Origin: Thermoanaerobaculia bacterium
Lineage (GTDB): Bacteria; Acidobacteriota; Thermoanaerobaculia; Multivoradales; UBA5704
NCBI GenBank assembly: GCA_038250865.1
Contig: JBBSBW010000025.1
Location: forward strand, 11,809 to 75,808
DNA length: 64,000 nucleotides
Reading direction: 5' to 3'
Shown here: positions 35,866 through 44,504 of the stretch, in pieces
Position numbering within the stretch: position 1 is the first letter of the stretch
Layout: the number at the start of each line of letters is the position of its first letter
Made by a program: the position numbers and the translations under genes
Notes under the pieces: generated by a model
What the model was told of the DNA's origin: nothing
What the model saw: only the letters and a program-made list of their open reading frames with translations
Database searches by the model: none

Positions 35866-38319
35866 CTATGTTTCTGAACCGCTTTGAGGCAATCCCGGAA
35901 TGGCATCCCAGCGCACCGGCACCGCCCGGCGGCGGTAGCCCCAGAGGCCATCGAGGCGCTCGGTGCCGGTGGTTTTTTCGAGCCCCTCGGCGACCATGCG
36001 AAAGGCTTCGACCACCCCGGGGACGACCAGGATGTGGCCGTTGTCGTCGCGCGGCATCTGCCAGCGGAAATCTTGCAGTGACCCCAGCTCCAGCATCGCT
36101 TCGCGCAGCTCGACGTAGAGCGCTCCCAGCCGCGCGGTGAGCGCCGCGAGGCCGCAGGTGGCGAAGAACGAATAGGGCTCGATCCGATCGATCGCGGAGA
36201 GAAGCTCTGGTTCGCCCTGGCAGCGGAAGACCTGCTCGGAAAGATCTTCCCGGTCGGTGCGCGCGGTGGTCAAGATCGCTCCAGGGCGGACATCTACGAA
36301 GCCGCCGGTCGCGAGGTGAAAGTCGCGAAAGTCCGCGAGCGTTCCGCCGCTTCCCCGTGCGTGACTCTGCTCAATGTGTTCGGCGATCCGGTCCGTTCCG
36401 TCGAACAGGATTTCAAACGGCGCAACAAAGAATCCCGTGCGCACGAAAGTGACCCCGTCCCGTTCGAAGACGATCGGCGAGCCGAGCGAGGGGATCGCCC
36501 AGACTGCCTCCAGGGCGCGGCGGAAAATTCGGCTCTGCGCCTGGTTTTTCTTGGGAAACAAGCCGCCATGGCGCCCGGGGTTCAAGACCGCGAGATCCTC
36601 TTCCGTGTCCGCGCCGACGAGGATCTGCATCTCACGCGCGAGGTCGGGCAACGGCCAATGGGCGAGATCCTCGAAGGTGAGCGGCTTGGACCGTTCGAGC
36701 AGGAAGCGCTCCGGATCGAAGCGGTCGAGATCGACGTACGGGTCGATCGCGTCGATGTCCACCGTGCGCAACCGATGGAGCAAGATCAGCAACGACAGGG
36801 CGTGCAGCTCCCCCTGGTGCTTGGCCGAGCCGAGATCTTGGAGCGCCATCGGTTCGAGGCCCGAAACCTGCGCCGCGAGCAGCGGCGGCTGATTCAGCAG
36901 GTCGAACACCTGACGCGAGTTGTCGGTCTCGGTGTAATAGCAGACGTTGTTCTCGGAAGCGGGAAACCAGGGGGCGTTGCCGTCGTCGCCCAGCACCCCC
37001 ACCGAGGCGAGGACCAGGGCCAGCTCGGAGGCACTCGCCACCCGCATCGTCCGATAGAGCGCGTCGGCGTTGGCGACGCTGAAGAAGCCGTTTTCGCCGC
37101 TTCGGATCGAATAGGCCGGACGGAGCGGCTCGCCCGCTTCGAAGAGCGCGCGGCCGGCAGAGGGATTTTCGAGCGGGACGGTGAGCGGCGGCGCCACGCG
37201 CACCATGTGGCGCACGGGTTTGCCGTCCGAACCGATTCTTTGGGCCCCGGGGAAGATCTCCTCCGCGGCATCGTGGATCAGGTGCGACGGCCGGGCGTGG
37301 AGCGGAATCGGCTCGCGCAGGCGAACCTCGTCGATGCCGATCGCGGCGGCGGTGATCAGGATCTTCAAGCCGAGCTGGCCGTACTCGTGGGCCAGCTCCT
37401 CGGCGAAGCGCTGCTTGTCGACCAGGAACTCGTCCTTCGCACTGTGGGCGAAGCCGAGCCGGATGCTCCTCTTCTTGCCGCTTTCCACCGAGCTTTCGTC
37501 GTACATCCCGCCGACCGCCGTGGTGTGGGCGATCAACACCTCGTCGGCCAGGCCGCGGACCTCGGCGAGGTCGTCGCGGAAGGACCCGACGAACGCCTCC
37601 TGAAGCTCGTCCCCCGCGTCGGCAGACGCGTCGAGGTGGCTCACCACCTGCCGCAGGTGGTGCTGGTGGTAGGCGATCAGGCTCGGGATCGGGATGCCTA
37701 GGGTGACCGAACGGAAGCGCCCCATCGCTTGGCCCTCGAAATGCTTTTCGAGGTAGCCGCGGAGAAAGGTCGCCACCGGCCGCGCCGCGCCGATCGCTTC
37801 GAGCAGCGTCGCGATCGGTTTTTGGCCGCCGCCGGGCGCCAGCTTTTCGATGAACGAATGGACGAAGGCGCGGCGCTCGTCGATCGCCACTTCCTGGATC
37901 GCGCCGAGACCCGGCAACACGTTCAGCCGGAAACGCTCGAAGGCGACGAACACGCCGCTTGCGGTGAGATACCCGGATCCGACCTTCCTGGGATGCAACG
38001 CTTCGCCGTGGCGCGTCTCGACGTAGCGGAACAGGCGCCGGGTGAAGGCCCGGATGTCGTCCCGGCCCAGGCCGGTCGCGAGCAGGATCGGCACGTCGTC
38101 CGCTCCGGGGGTGGCGACCGTCATCATCTCTTCGTACATCGAGAGCATTTGAAGCAAAGCCGTACCGCCGACCGCCCCGGTACCGCCGATGATCGCGTGA
38201 AGATCCCGCCACCGCTCGCCCGAACGCGCAGCCTGGGCCAGGCGCGGGCCGAGCCGCTGCTTCTTATAGCTTCGAGTCATAGAGGGGGCAACGTACTTCT
38301 CGCAACGGCTGCGCGTCAA
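35866..38319 (-). CDS. Large (817 aa) uncharacterised cytoplasmic protein with N-terminal Rossmann-like GGTGAVGG motif, last gene of the ECF sigma operon
   Basis: LHAIIGGTGAVGGTALLQML... near the N-terminus, then >700 aa with no motif I can name. TTG/ATG start in a 4-nt overlap with the anti-sigma stop. Confidence 0.65.
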   Translation of the reverse strand: MTRSRCEKYVAPSMTRSYKKQRLGPRLAQAARSGERWRDLHAIIGGTGAVGGTALLQMLSMYEEMMTVATPGADDVPILLATGLGRDDIRAFTRRLFRYVETRHGEALHPRKVGSGYLTASGVFVAFERFRLNVLPGLGAIQEVAIDERRAFVHSFIEKLAPGGGQKPIATLLEAIGAARPVATFLRGYLEKHFEGQAMGRFRSVTLGIPIPSLIAYHQHHLRQVVSHLDASADAGDELQEAFVGSFRDDLAEVRGLADEVLIAHTTAVGGMYDESSVESGKKRSIRLGFAHSAKDEFLVDKQRFAEELAHEYGQLGLKILITAAAIGIDEVRLREPIPLHARPSHLIHDAAEEIFPGAQRIGSDGKPVRHMVRVAPPLTVPLENPSAGRALFEAGEPLRPAYSIRSGENGFFSVANADALYRTMRVASASELALVLASVGVLGDDGNAPWFPASENNVCYYTETDNSRQVFDLLNQPPLLAAQVSGLEPMALQDLGSAKHQGELHALSLLILLHRLRTVDIDAIDPYVDLDRFDPERFLLERSKPLTFEDLAHWPLPDLAREMQILVGADTEEDLAVLNPGRHGGLFPKKNQAQSRIFRRALEAVWAIPSLGSPIVFERDGVTFVRTGFFVAPFEILFDGTDRIAEHIEQSHARGSGGTLADFRDFHLATGGFVDVRPGAILTTARTDREDLSEQVFRCQGEPELLSAIDRIEPYSFFATCGLAALTARLGALYVELREAMLELGSLQDFRWQMPRDDNGHILVVPGVVEAFRMVAEGLEKTTGTERLDGLWGYRRRAVPVRWDAIPGLPQSGSET

Positions 38320-39113
38320 GGCGTCAGCCGAAACTTGAGCGGCGGAGAGCCCGCGAGCCGCTTCCCCGCGGCGTCCTTCGCCTCGACCGACCAGGCGTAG
38401 ACCACGGCGGTTTGCAGCTTAGCCGCGGCCTCCGCGGGGAGGGTGAGCGGCGAGGCCTTGGCCGTGCCGCTCCAGATCTCCTCACCGAGCGGATCGACGA
38501 TCCGCACCCGGTAGGTGGCGGCCCCCGCGACCGCTTCCCATTCGAGCGCGGAGGGCGCTTGGGGCTGCTCCCCTTCCGGGCCGCGCAGCAGGACGGTCGA
38601 GCCGCGGTAGGTCTCGGCTCCCTGCGGCGGAGGGGGAAGCGCCGGCAGGTCTCGCTGGCGCAACTCGATCGCCAAGCCGATTCCCAGCGCGAGCAACGCG
38701 GCCAGGGCGAGGCCCCATCCCGCAAAGGATCGGCCCGGCCGGCGCACCGGCAGGCTCTGCGGAACGGCGACCGGCTCGCTCCTCTGCGCCGTACGGCCGA
38801 CCGGGAACGGCACGACGTTCGAACGGACGGGCGGAGCCTGCTGGCCTTGAGCCTCTTCGATCCGCCCGACGACGAAGGCCAGGTCCTCGTCCGAGACGTC
38901 GCCGGCATCGAAGGGGAGATCCCACAGGCCGGCCAGATCGCGCTCCGCCGCGCAGGCCGGGCAGGACGCGGCATGGGCTTCGATCCGCTGCCGTTCCGCC
39001 GCCGGCAGCTTCACCCACTCGGCTTCGACGAACAGCTTGGGCGCCGGGCACCCTTCCTCGAACGCTCCGCGCAGGTGGTCGGCGAACGTTTCTTCCCGAG
39101 GGTCACGGCTCAT
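38316..39113 (-). CDS. Zinc-finger-type anti-sigma factor, single-pass membrane protein
   Basis: N-terminal ...IEAHAASCPACAAERDLAGLW (HxxxCxxC), TM segment GWGLALAALLALGIGLAI, periplasmic C-domain. ATGA overlap with the sigma gene. Confidence 0.7.
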   Translation of the reverse strand: MSRDPREETFADHLRGAFEEGCPAPKLFVEAEWVKLPAAERQRIEAHAASCPACAAERDLAGLWDLPFDAGDVSDEDLAFVVGRIEEAQGQQAPPVRSNVVPFPVGRTAQRSEPVAVPQSLPVRRPGRSFAGWGLALAALLALGIGLAIELRQRDLPALPPPPQGAETYRGSTVLLRGPEGEQPQAPSALEWEAVAGAATYRVRIVDPLGEEIWSGTAKASPLTLPAEAAAKLQTAVVYAWSVEAKDAAGKRLAGSPPLKFRLTP

Positions 39114-39859
39114 GACGCGCTCCTTCCGGCGTTGCCCGCCTCGCGGCGGGCGAAACCCCCTTTGAGCTTGCGCAGGGCGGCGACGATATAGGCCTTGGCA
39201 CCCGATTTATTGGTCAGGCCGAGCACGGCGCCGATCCGGGGGAGGGTCAAACCGTGGACGTAATGCAGGATCAGGACCCGCGACTCCAGCGGCTCGAGGT
39301 CGTTCGTCACCGCCTCGCGCAGCCGAGCGTGAATCTCAGCGGCCTCGAGGTCGTCCGAGATCGCGGGCAGCTCGTCCGCCACCTCGGGCGCGCCCTCCTC
39401 GTCGAGCGACTGGGTCTTCCGGCGCGACTGGTATTCGGCGCGGTTGAGCGCAACGCTGCGGGTCACCTGGTAGAGCCAGGTCGAAAAGCGGCTGTCGCCG
39501 CGGAACGAGTCGAGCCGCGAATGGATGCGCAGGAACACGTCCTGCGCGACGTCGGCGGCCTCTTCGCGATCCCCCGCGATGCGCAGGCACCAGGCGGCGA
39601 CTTTCGGGCGGTAGCGCCGGTAGAGTTCGCCGAAACAGGCGTCGGCCGAACCCGGCTCGCGCCGCGCCCGGGCGATCAGCTCCTCGTCGCTCGCTTGGCC
39701 GAAGCTCAAGGCCGAACTCCGCGACGGCTGGTCGGTTCGGTGGAAGGAAGGGGCATCGGCGCGATCGGAACGGTAGGAGCGGGATCGCCGCCGGGGACGA
39801 CCCGACGGAGCCTGAAGCCTACTCGAAGAACGCGGCGCGGGGGGAGAGAGGGCGAGCAT
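39110..39859 (-). CDS. ECF-family RNA polymerase sigma-70 factor
   Basis: Region 2 ADVAQDVFLRIHSRLDSFRGDSRFSTWLYQVTRSVALNRAEYQ and region 4 LESRVLILHYVHGLTLPRIGAVLGLTNKSGAKAYIVAALRKL. The N-terminal ~60 aa may be an overcall. Confidence 0.85.
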   Translation of the reverse strand: MLALSPPAPRSSSRLQAPSGRPRRRSRSYRSDRADAPSFHRTDQPSRSSALSFGQASDEELIARARREPGSADACFGELYRRYRPKVAAWCLRIAGDREEAADVAQDVFLRIHSRLDSFRGDSRFSTWLYQVTRSVALNRAEYQSRRKTQSLDEEGAPEVADELPAISDDLEAAEIHARLREAVTNDLEPLESRVLILHYVHGLTLPRIGAVLGLTNKSGAKAYIVAALRKLKGGFARREAGNAGRSAS

Positions 39860-39887
39860 ACGTCCTAAGACAGCCCGGCGGCCTCAG

Positions 39888-39913
39888 CGGAACAGGAATC
39901 CCCCAGGCCGTTC
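39888..39913 (-). promoter_or_regulatory. Candidate ECF-type promoter (GGAAC - 16 nt - GTTCC) upstream of the ECF sigma gene
   Basis: Minus strand reads GGAACggcctgggggattcctGTTCCg, 30-55 nt upstream of the start codon. Resembles the GGAAC...GTC/CGT autoregulated ECF promoter architecture. Confidence 0.3.
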
Positions 39914-39989
39914 CGGCGCCGACGGAATCGGAGGCGTGGTGGGCTCGGCCCTGTTTCGTCACCTTTTGATGCGGACTCCGCCCCGGCTT

Positions 39990-40282
39990 TCAGGGCTCGA
40001 CGCCCAGCAATTCTCGAAACGATCCGAACGGCATCTTGAACCGTCGTGTTTCAAGGCTCGCCTTGTCAGCGTCCGCATCTTCTATATTGATCAGCCCTCC
40101 GCGAATCGCACGAATGTAGAGATCGGCAGTACCGATGATGCGGCGCTCCCCAATCCGGTTGACCGCCTCGCGCCAAAACCCCCGCAGAAATCCAATCTCG
40201 CCACATGGATCAAATTGATGAGGACATTGGCATCGGCAACAACGATCCGATACGGCCGAACTGTCATAGAGCCTCGGCTCAA
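39990..40282 (-). pseudogene. PIN-like nuclease gene (DUF4411-like) with a +1 frameshift in a G5/T4 run; coupled to the ImmA/IrrE gene
   Basis: Frame A (40282..40091) starts in a TTGA overlap with the ImmA stop and gives MTVRPYRIVVADANVLINLIHVARLDFCGG (PIN-like N-terminus). Frame B (to 39990) continues ...FWREAVNRIGERRIIGTADLYIRAIRGGLINIEDADADKA... Joining at ccccc/aaaa (40171..40183) restores ...LDFCGGFWREAV, which matches the FDxCPxFW motif of DUF4411. Confidence 0.5.
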
Positions 40283-41511
40283 AGGTCGCCGAGACCCACG
40301 TCATCAATCAGGCTGGCAATTCGATTTCGGTCGAATCCAAGCATTGATGCCAATTCATTGAGTTTCCCGCGCGATATCTCTTCTCGCCGAAACGCTTCCA
40401 GCGCGAGCCCCAAGATGCGATGTTGGAAACCGTCGCGACCTTCGGCAGTATCGGACTCCGCGAGGCCCAGATGCTCCGCGATCTGTTTGCCTCTACCTGA
40501 GTCGTCGAGAGCTTTCAAGCGATCGAAATCGCCTCTGGAGAGCAGCCGAAGGTTGCGTAGGCGATAGAGCGCGGCAATGCGGCTGACGCCGAAATGGTGA
40601 GCGAGCTGAATGACGTCGTAGAGCTGGACCACCTGGCTTCCGGGCGCCGTACGTCCTTCGGCCTCAAGACTATCGGCCCCGTCAAAGACATCGGCGTAGG
40701 TGCGGCTCGGCATTCCTTTTCCCAGGCCGGCGATGAATTGTCGGACGCCGTCTTGGGGCATCAATAAGCTGGCTCCAAAGGCGTTCGCCCGCACCTCGAT
40801 GAGGTTGTCGCTCTCGGAAGATCGGCTCACGAGGCCAAAGCGGTCTCGATCTGCAAGAACATGCGCATACTCATGGGCCAGAGAGAACCGACGCCTGAGG
40901 AGGTGGTGGCTCCGGTTGGCAACGACAAAGAATCCCACTGCTCGGTCGTTCAGAGTGAGCCCCGAAACATCGGCCGGAAGATCAATGACGCCTGTACGAA
41001 GGCCCTGCGTCTCCAGTAGCTCCCCGATGTCCGGAAGAGCTGCATCGCCGAGTCCGAGTCGCCGTCGTTCCTCCCCGGCGAGCCTTTCGCCTTGCTGGAT
41101 CGCCCCCCAACGGTTGGCGGGAAGCGGCATCGCGTAAGTCACCGTCGCCGCTACGCCCCGATCGATGCCGAGCAGAAACTCGAGGTTAGTGATCTCTCGA
41201 CCGAGAGTCATACATTCGCGCAGGGCGTCAGCTACCCCGGGCTGCGCCAAAACATCCGGTTGTGCGCGGAAAAGAGCTGCCAGCGAATCTGCTTCGTCAA
41301 AGGACTCCGAGAAAAAGCCGCGAATATCGCGACCAAAAAGGTGCGCGAGCTTGTCGAGCTCAAGGCTTGAGACGGAGCGATTGCCGGCCTCAACTTGAAC
41401 GACGGTTGGGCGGGAAACCCCTAGCTGCTCCGCAACCTGATCTTGGGTCAGGCGACAGGCCTCCCTCGCGCTTCGAATCCGGCGTCCGAGCTCTTGTTGC
41501 GTCACCAGCAT
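40279..41511 (-). CDS. XRE-family HTH fused to ImmA/IrrE-type (COG2856) zinc metallopeptidase domain
   Basis: N-terminal LVTQQELGRRIRSAREACRLTQDQVAEQLGVSRPTVVQVEAG (HTH_XRE). Central HEXXH: RRRFSLAHEYAHVLAD and downstream E. C-terminal helical region. Confidence 0.8.
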   Translation of the reverse strand: MLVTQQELGRRIRSAREACRLTQDQVAEQLGVSRPTVVQVEAGNRSVSSLELDKLAHLFGRDIRGFFSESFDEADSLAALFRAQPDVLAQPGVADALRECMTLGREITNLEFLLGIDRGVAATVTYAMPLPANRWGAIQQGERLAGEERRRLGLGDAALPDIGELLETQGLRTGVIDLPADVSGLTLNDRAVGFFVVANRSHHLLRRRFSLAHEYAHVLADRDRFGLVSRSSESDNLIEVRANAFGASLLMPQDGVRQFIAGLGKGMPSRTYADVFDGADSLEAEGRTAPGSQVVQLYDVIQLAHHFGVSRIAALYRLRNLRLLSRGDFDRLKALDDSGRGKQIAEHLGLAESDTAEGRDGFQHRILGLALEAFRREEISRGKLNELASMLGFDRNRIASLIDDVGLGDL

Positions 41512-41981
41512 CCTCCTTCCCTACACCGTCAGGGTCCAAGCTACAACCAGAAGAGGCCCCCGATCCGCGACTGACGTTAGTATTTCTTACTCGCCCCGTC
41601 AATCTAAGGCTTGCGACCAGACGGAACTCAGGGCAAAAAAGGCTCCCTTTTTGCCCGGACCGAACGAGATGTCCACCTCCAATGCGGCAAGAACAGGATC
41701 CTGAAACTTTCTGAAGCGATCGGGTCCTGTTCTTGGGCCCAGGCCGCACTATCGCTATTGAGGATCCCGTCCGTCTTTACGATCGGCGCGTGCGCTTGTC
41801 GCCCACTTCCGATCCGCTTTTGCTTTTTTCCCGGAAACCTACCGTTTCCGGTGGGTCGTCTTGGAATCGAGTTCGCTGCCTCGATCCCGCCGCTCGTCCG
41901 GGTCTCGATTCCTCATCGGGAGGGTCGGTCCTTTTTGGGCGGCGCCCAGATTCAGCGAAAATTGTTTGGAGGATTGGTCGA

Positions 41982-42821
41982 ATGCGGAACGGAAGCATGA
42001 AGTTTGCCCTGGCCTTGTCTTGCGGTGTATTGACGCTCGCCTCCATCGCCGCGAACGCGGCAGGCAGGAACCCGATCGTCTACACCCCGGCTCGCGGGCA
42101 CGAATCGAAGGTCGTCAGGGCCGTGAACCTGACCTACCACGGCGGACCGGTCATCACCTCGGCCAAGGTGGTCTACATCTTCTGGGGCGCGGCCTTTTGC
42201 ACCGGGGGTAGCGATCACACCTACGCAACGACCCTCCAGGCCTACCGGAACCAGTTCGGCACGACCCCGGAGTACAACACCATCACCCAGTACTCGGGCA
42301 TTCAGCTCGCGAACCTCGGCACCGGCAGCCCCGACCTGTTCGATTGCACGAACCCGGTGGCCAAGGTGACCGACGCCAAGGTCCAAGCCAAGGTCAATTC
42401 CTACATCGCCTCGTTCGGCTTCAACGCCAGCACGATCTACGAAGTGGTCATCCCGAGCACCTCGTACTCTTCGAGCGGCGGCAGCTCCTCGTGCGGCGGC
42501 CCGCACCTCTCCTACTGTGCGTACCACAGCTGGATCGGCTCCGGCGCGAACGCCACGAAGTACTCCATTCAACCCTATCCGAGCTGCTCCGGCTGCCAGG
42601 TTGCGGGTTGGACCTCGGTCCAAAACCAGGAGCACTTCGTTTGCCACGAGACCCGCGAAGCGGTGACCGACCCGACCGGCCTCGGCTGGTTCGACTCCTC
42701 GGGCGCGGAAGCCGACGACAAGTGCGCCTGGACCCCCTCGCCTTTCATCGGCACCGGCGGCTACGGCTATCAGTACCAGTGGTCGAACGCGGCGAGCGCC
42801 TGCGTGAAGACCGTTCCCTGA
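41982..42821 (+). CDS. Secreted hypothetical protein (Cys-containing, Ser/Gly/Thr-rich)
   Basis: MRNGSMKFALALSCGVLTLASIAANAAG signal. GGAGGA RBS. 8 Cys. No motif assigned. Confidence 0.55.
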   Translation: MRNGSMKFALALSCGVLTLASIAANAAGRNPIVYTPARGHESKVVRAVNLTYHGGPVITSAKVVYIFWGAAFCTGGSDHTYATTLQAYRNQFGTTPEYNTITQYSGIQLANLGTGSPDLFDCTNPVAKVTDAKVQAKVNSYIASFGFNASTIYEVVIPSTSYSSSGGSSSCGGPHLSYCAYHSWIGSGANATKYSIQPYPSCSGCQVAGWTSVQNQEHFVCHETREAVTDPTGLGWFDSSGAEADDKCAWTPSPFIGTGGYGYQYQWSNAASACVKTVP

Positions 42822-42850
42822 CCTGCACAAGCTGCGATGAAAGACCGAAA

Positions 42851-42881
42851 GCCCCGGCGGAGGAGCCGGGGCTTTTTGTTT
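42851..42881 (+). terminator. Rho-independent terminator
   Basis: gccccggc-ggagga-gccggggc followed by TTTTTGTTT, 30 nt after the stop of the secreted-protein gene. Confidence 0.75.
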
Positions 42882-42974
42882 GCAGCCGAAGTACCCGAAA
42901 GGTCGCCGCCTCTCCGACCGCCCTTCCCCCAAGTGTTACAATGTCATACGTCGTAACACGAAGCCGGAGACATC

Positions 42975-43400
42975 ATGTCCAGAAGCGCCATGCTCTCGAT
43001 TCGAATGCCCGATCAGACCCGGGAAGCGCTGGAAGCGACGGCCGAGGCCCGCGGGGAAACCCGCTCCGCCCTGATGCAGCGCTACATTGAGGAGGGTCTC
43101 CGGATGGACCGACACCCCGGCATCGTGTTCCGTCCCGGACCGGCCGGACGACGCCCCGGTCTGGCCGGGGACCCCGACGTTTGGGAAGTCGTGAGGGTAG
43201 TCCGGAACGTTGAAGCGGAAGGCGACTCGGCGATCACCGAAGCGGCGAAATGGTTGGGGCTTTCGACCGCCCAAGTTCGCATTGCCGTCGATTACTACGC
43301 CGATTATCCGGACGAGATCAACAGGTGGGTCGCGAGGCTCGACGCGCAAGCGGTCGCGGCAGAGGAACAGTTCAGGCGGCGCCAGGAAATTCTTCGTTGA
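42975..43400 (+). CDS. Fused RHH + DUF433 antitoxin-like protein
   Basis: SIRMPDQTREALEATAEARGETRSALMQRYIEEGL (RHH), then HPGIVFRPGPAGRRPGLAGDPDVWEVVRVVRNVEAEGDSAITEAAKWLGLSTAQVRIAVDYYADYPDEI (DUF433). Confidence 0.7.
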   Translation: MSRSAMLSIRMPDQTREALEATAEARGETRSALMQRYIEEGLRMDRHPGIVFRPGPAGRRPGLAGDPDVWEVVRVVRNVEAEGDSAITEAAKWLGLSTAQVRIAVDYYADYPDEINRWVARLDAQAVAAEEQFRRRQEILR

Positions 43401-43768
43401 AGCTGCTGCTCGACGAGCACTACCCGCCGATCATCGCTCACGAGTTAAGAGATCGAGGGCACGATGCCGTATCGGTCCAAGAGGTGCCGGCGCTCCGTGG
43501 GTTGACCGATCCGGACCTTTTCGCCGAGGCACAACGTCGAGAAAGAGCGATCCTGACCGAAAACGTCGCGGACTACCTGGCCCTGGACGCCGAGTACCGC
43601 AGCCGGCGTTTGTCCCATTGGGGTCTGATCCTCACGAGCAACCGAACCTTTCCCAGGGGACTGGCCGCGACACTCGGCGCCTTGGTGAAGGCGCTCGATG
43701 AACTGCTGGCCCAGATGGCTCAGGACGACCGGGACAGCAAAATCGCTTGGTTGCAGCGATCGAAATAA
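43397..43768 (+). CDS. DUF5615 (Mut7-C/PIN-like) putative toxin
   Basis: TTG start in a TTGA overlap with the upstream stop. LKLLLDEHYPPIIAHELRDRGHDAVSVQEV...AILTENVADY matches the DUF5615 N-terminal motif (LLLDENLP...L...GHD). Confidence 0.7.
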   Translation: MKLLLDEHYPPIIAHELRDRGHDAVSVQEVPALRGLTDPDLFAEAQRRERAILTENVADYLALDAEYRSRRLSHWGLILTSNRTFPRGLAATLGALVKALDELLAQMAQDDRDSKIAWLQRSK

Positions 43769-43848
43769 GGGTCAACGCCGCGGACGGCAAGCCTTGCCGC
43801 CCGCGATTTCGGCGGGCAATTTCTTCCCAGGCGGAGGCCAGCCGCCGC

Positions 43849-44400
43849 TCAGGCCCGTTCGTTCGGCTTCGTCACGTCGGGGACGTCCTCGCCGAGGGCG
43901 CTGGCGAGGTCCATCTGGTGCTCCTGCTCCTGCTTCAGGATCTCGCGGAGGTGCTCGGAGAGGGCGTATTCGCCCAGCTGCTCCGCTTGGCGGACGCGCT
44001 CGCGGTAGTTACGGATCGTCTCGTTCTCGTTGGCGAGGTCGAAGCGCAGCATGTCGGTGGCCTTGTCCGAAGTCTTGACCGGCTTCGGCGTCACCGTCGG
44101 CATGCCGCCCAGGTAATCGATCTGCTTGGCGATCTCGATCGCATGGGCCAGCTCTTCCCCGGCATGGACTTCGAGTTCCTTGGCGATCGTCATGTAGGCG
44201 GCCCCTTTGAGGACCTGGGAATAGACGACATAGGCGATGATCGCCTGAAATTCGCGGGCGAGGTCTTCGTTCAGCAGCTCGACCATCCGCTGGCGGGTGA
44301 TCGGGGCTTCGGTGTTCTGGTCTGGCGCGGGGGTAGATTTCGCGGTTTTGGCGGGCTTGGCGGGCTTGGCGAGTTTGGCGGGCTTGTTCTTCGTGGGCAC
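43849..44400 (-). CDS. Ferritin-like (Dps/bacterioferritin-like four-helix-bundle) protein with Lys/Ala/Pro-rich N-terminal tail
   Basis: GTG start 7 nt after AGAGGAGGAGCC. Tail VPTKNKPAKLAKPAKPAKTAKSTPAP, then ELLNEDLAREFQAIIAYVVYSQVLKG...EVHAGEELAHAIEIAKQIDYLGG (ferritin-like di-iron ligand pattern E..H / E..H). Confidence 0.7.
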   Translation of the reverse strand: MPTKNKPAKLAKPAKPAKTAKSTPAPDQNTEAPITRQRMVELLNEDLAREFQAIIAYVVYSQVLKGAAYMTIAKELEVHAGEELAHAIEIAKQIDYLGGMPTVTPKPVKTSDKATDMLRFDLANENETIRNYRERVRQAEQLGEYALSEHLREILKQEQEHQMDLASALGEDVPDVTKPNERA

Positions 44401-44504
44401 GATGGCTCCTCCTCTAAGACAGAGCATAGCTGCAAGATCCGGTCCGGGCAGAGCCCCCCGGTCGGACACTCGCCCGCGCGGCGGGTGGATCCCCGAGGGC
44501 CGGA

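Noticed and set aside
36632-38212. 526-aa minus-strand ORF and 36316..37701 plus-strand ORF inside the 817-aa gene
   Set aside because: Arg-rich off-frame or antisense translations typical of high-GC DNA; no motifs.
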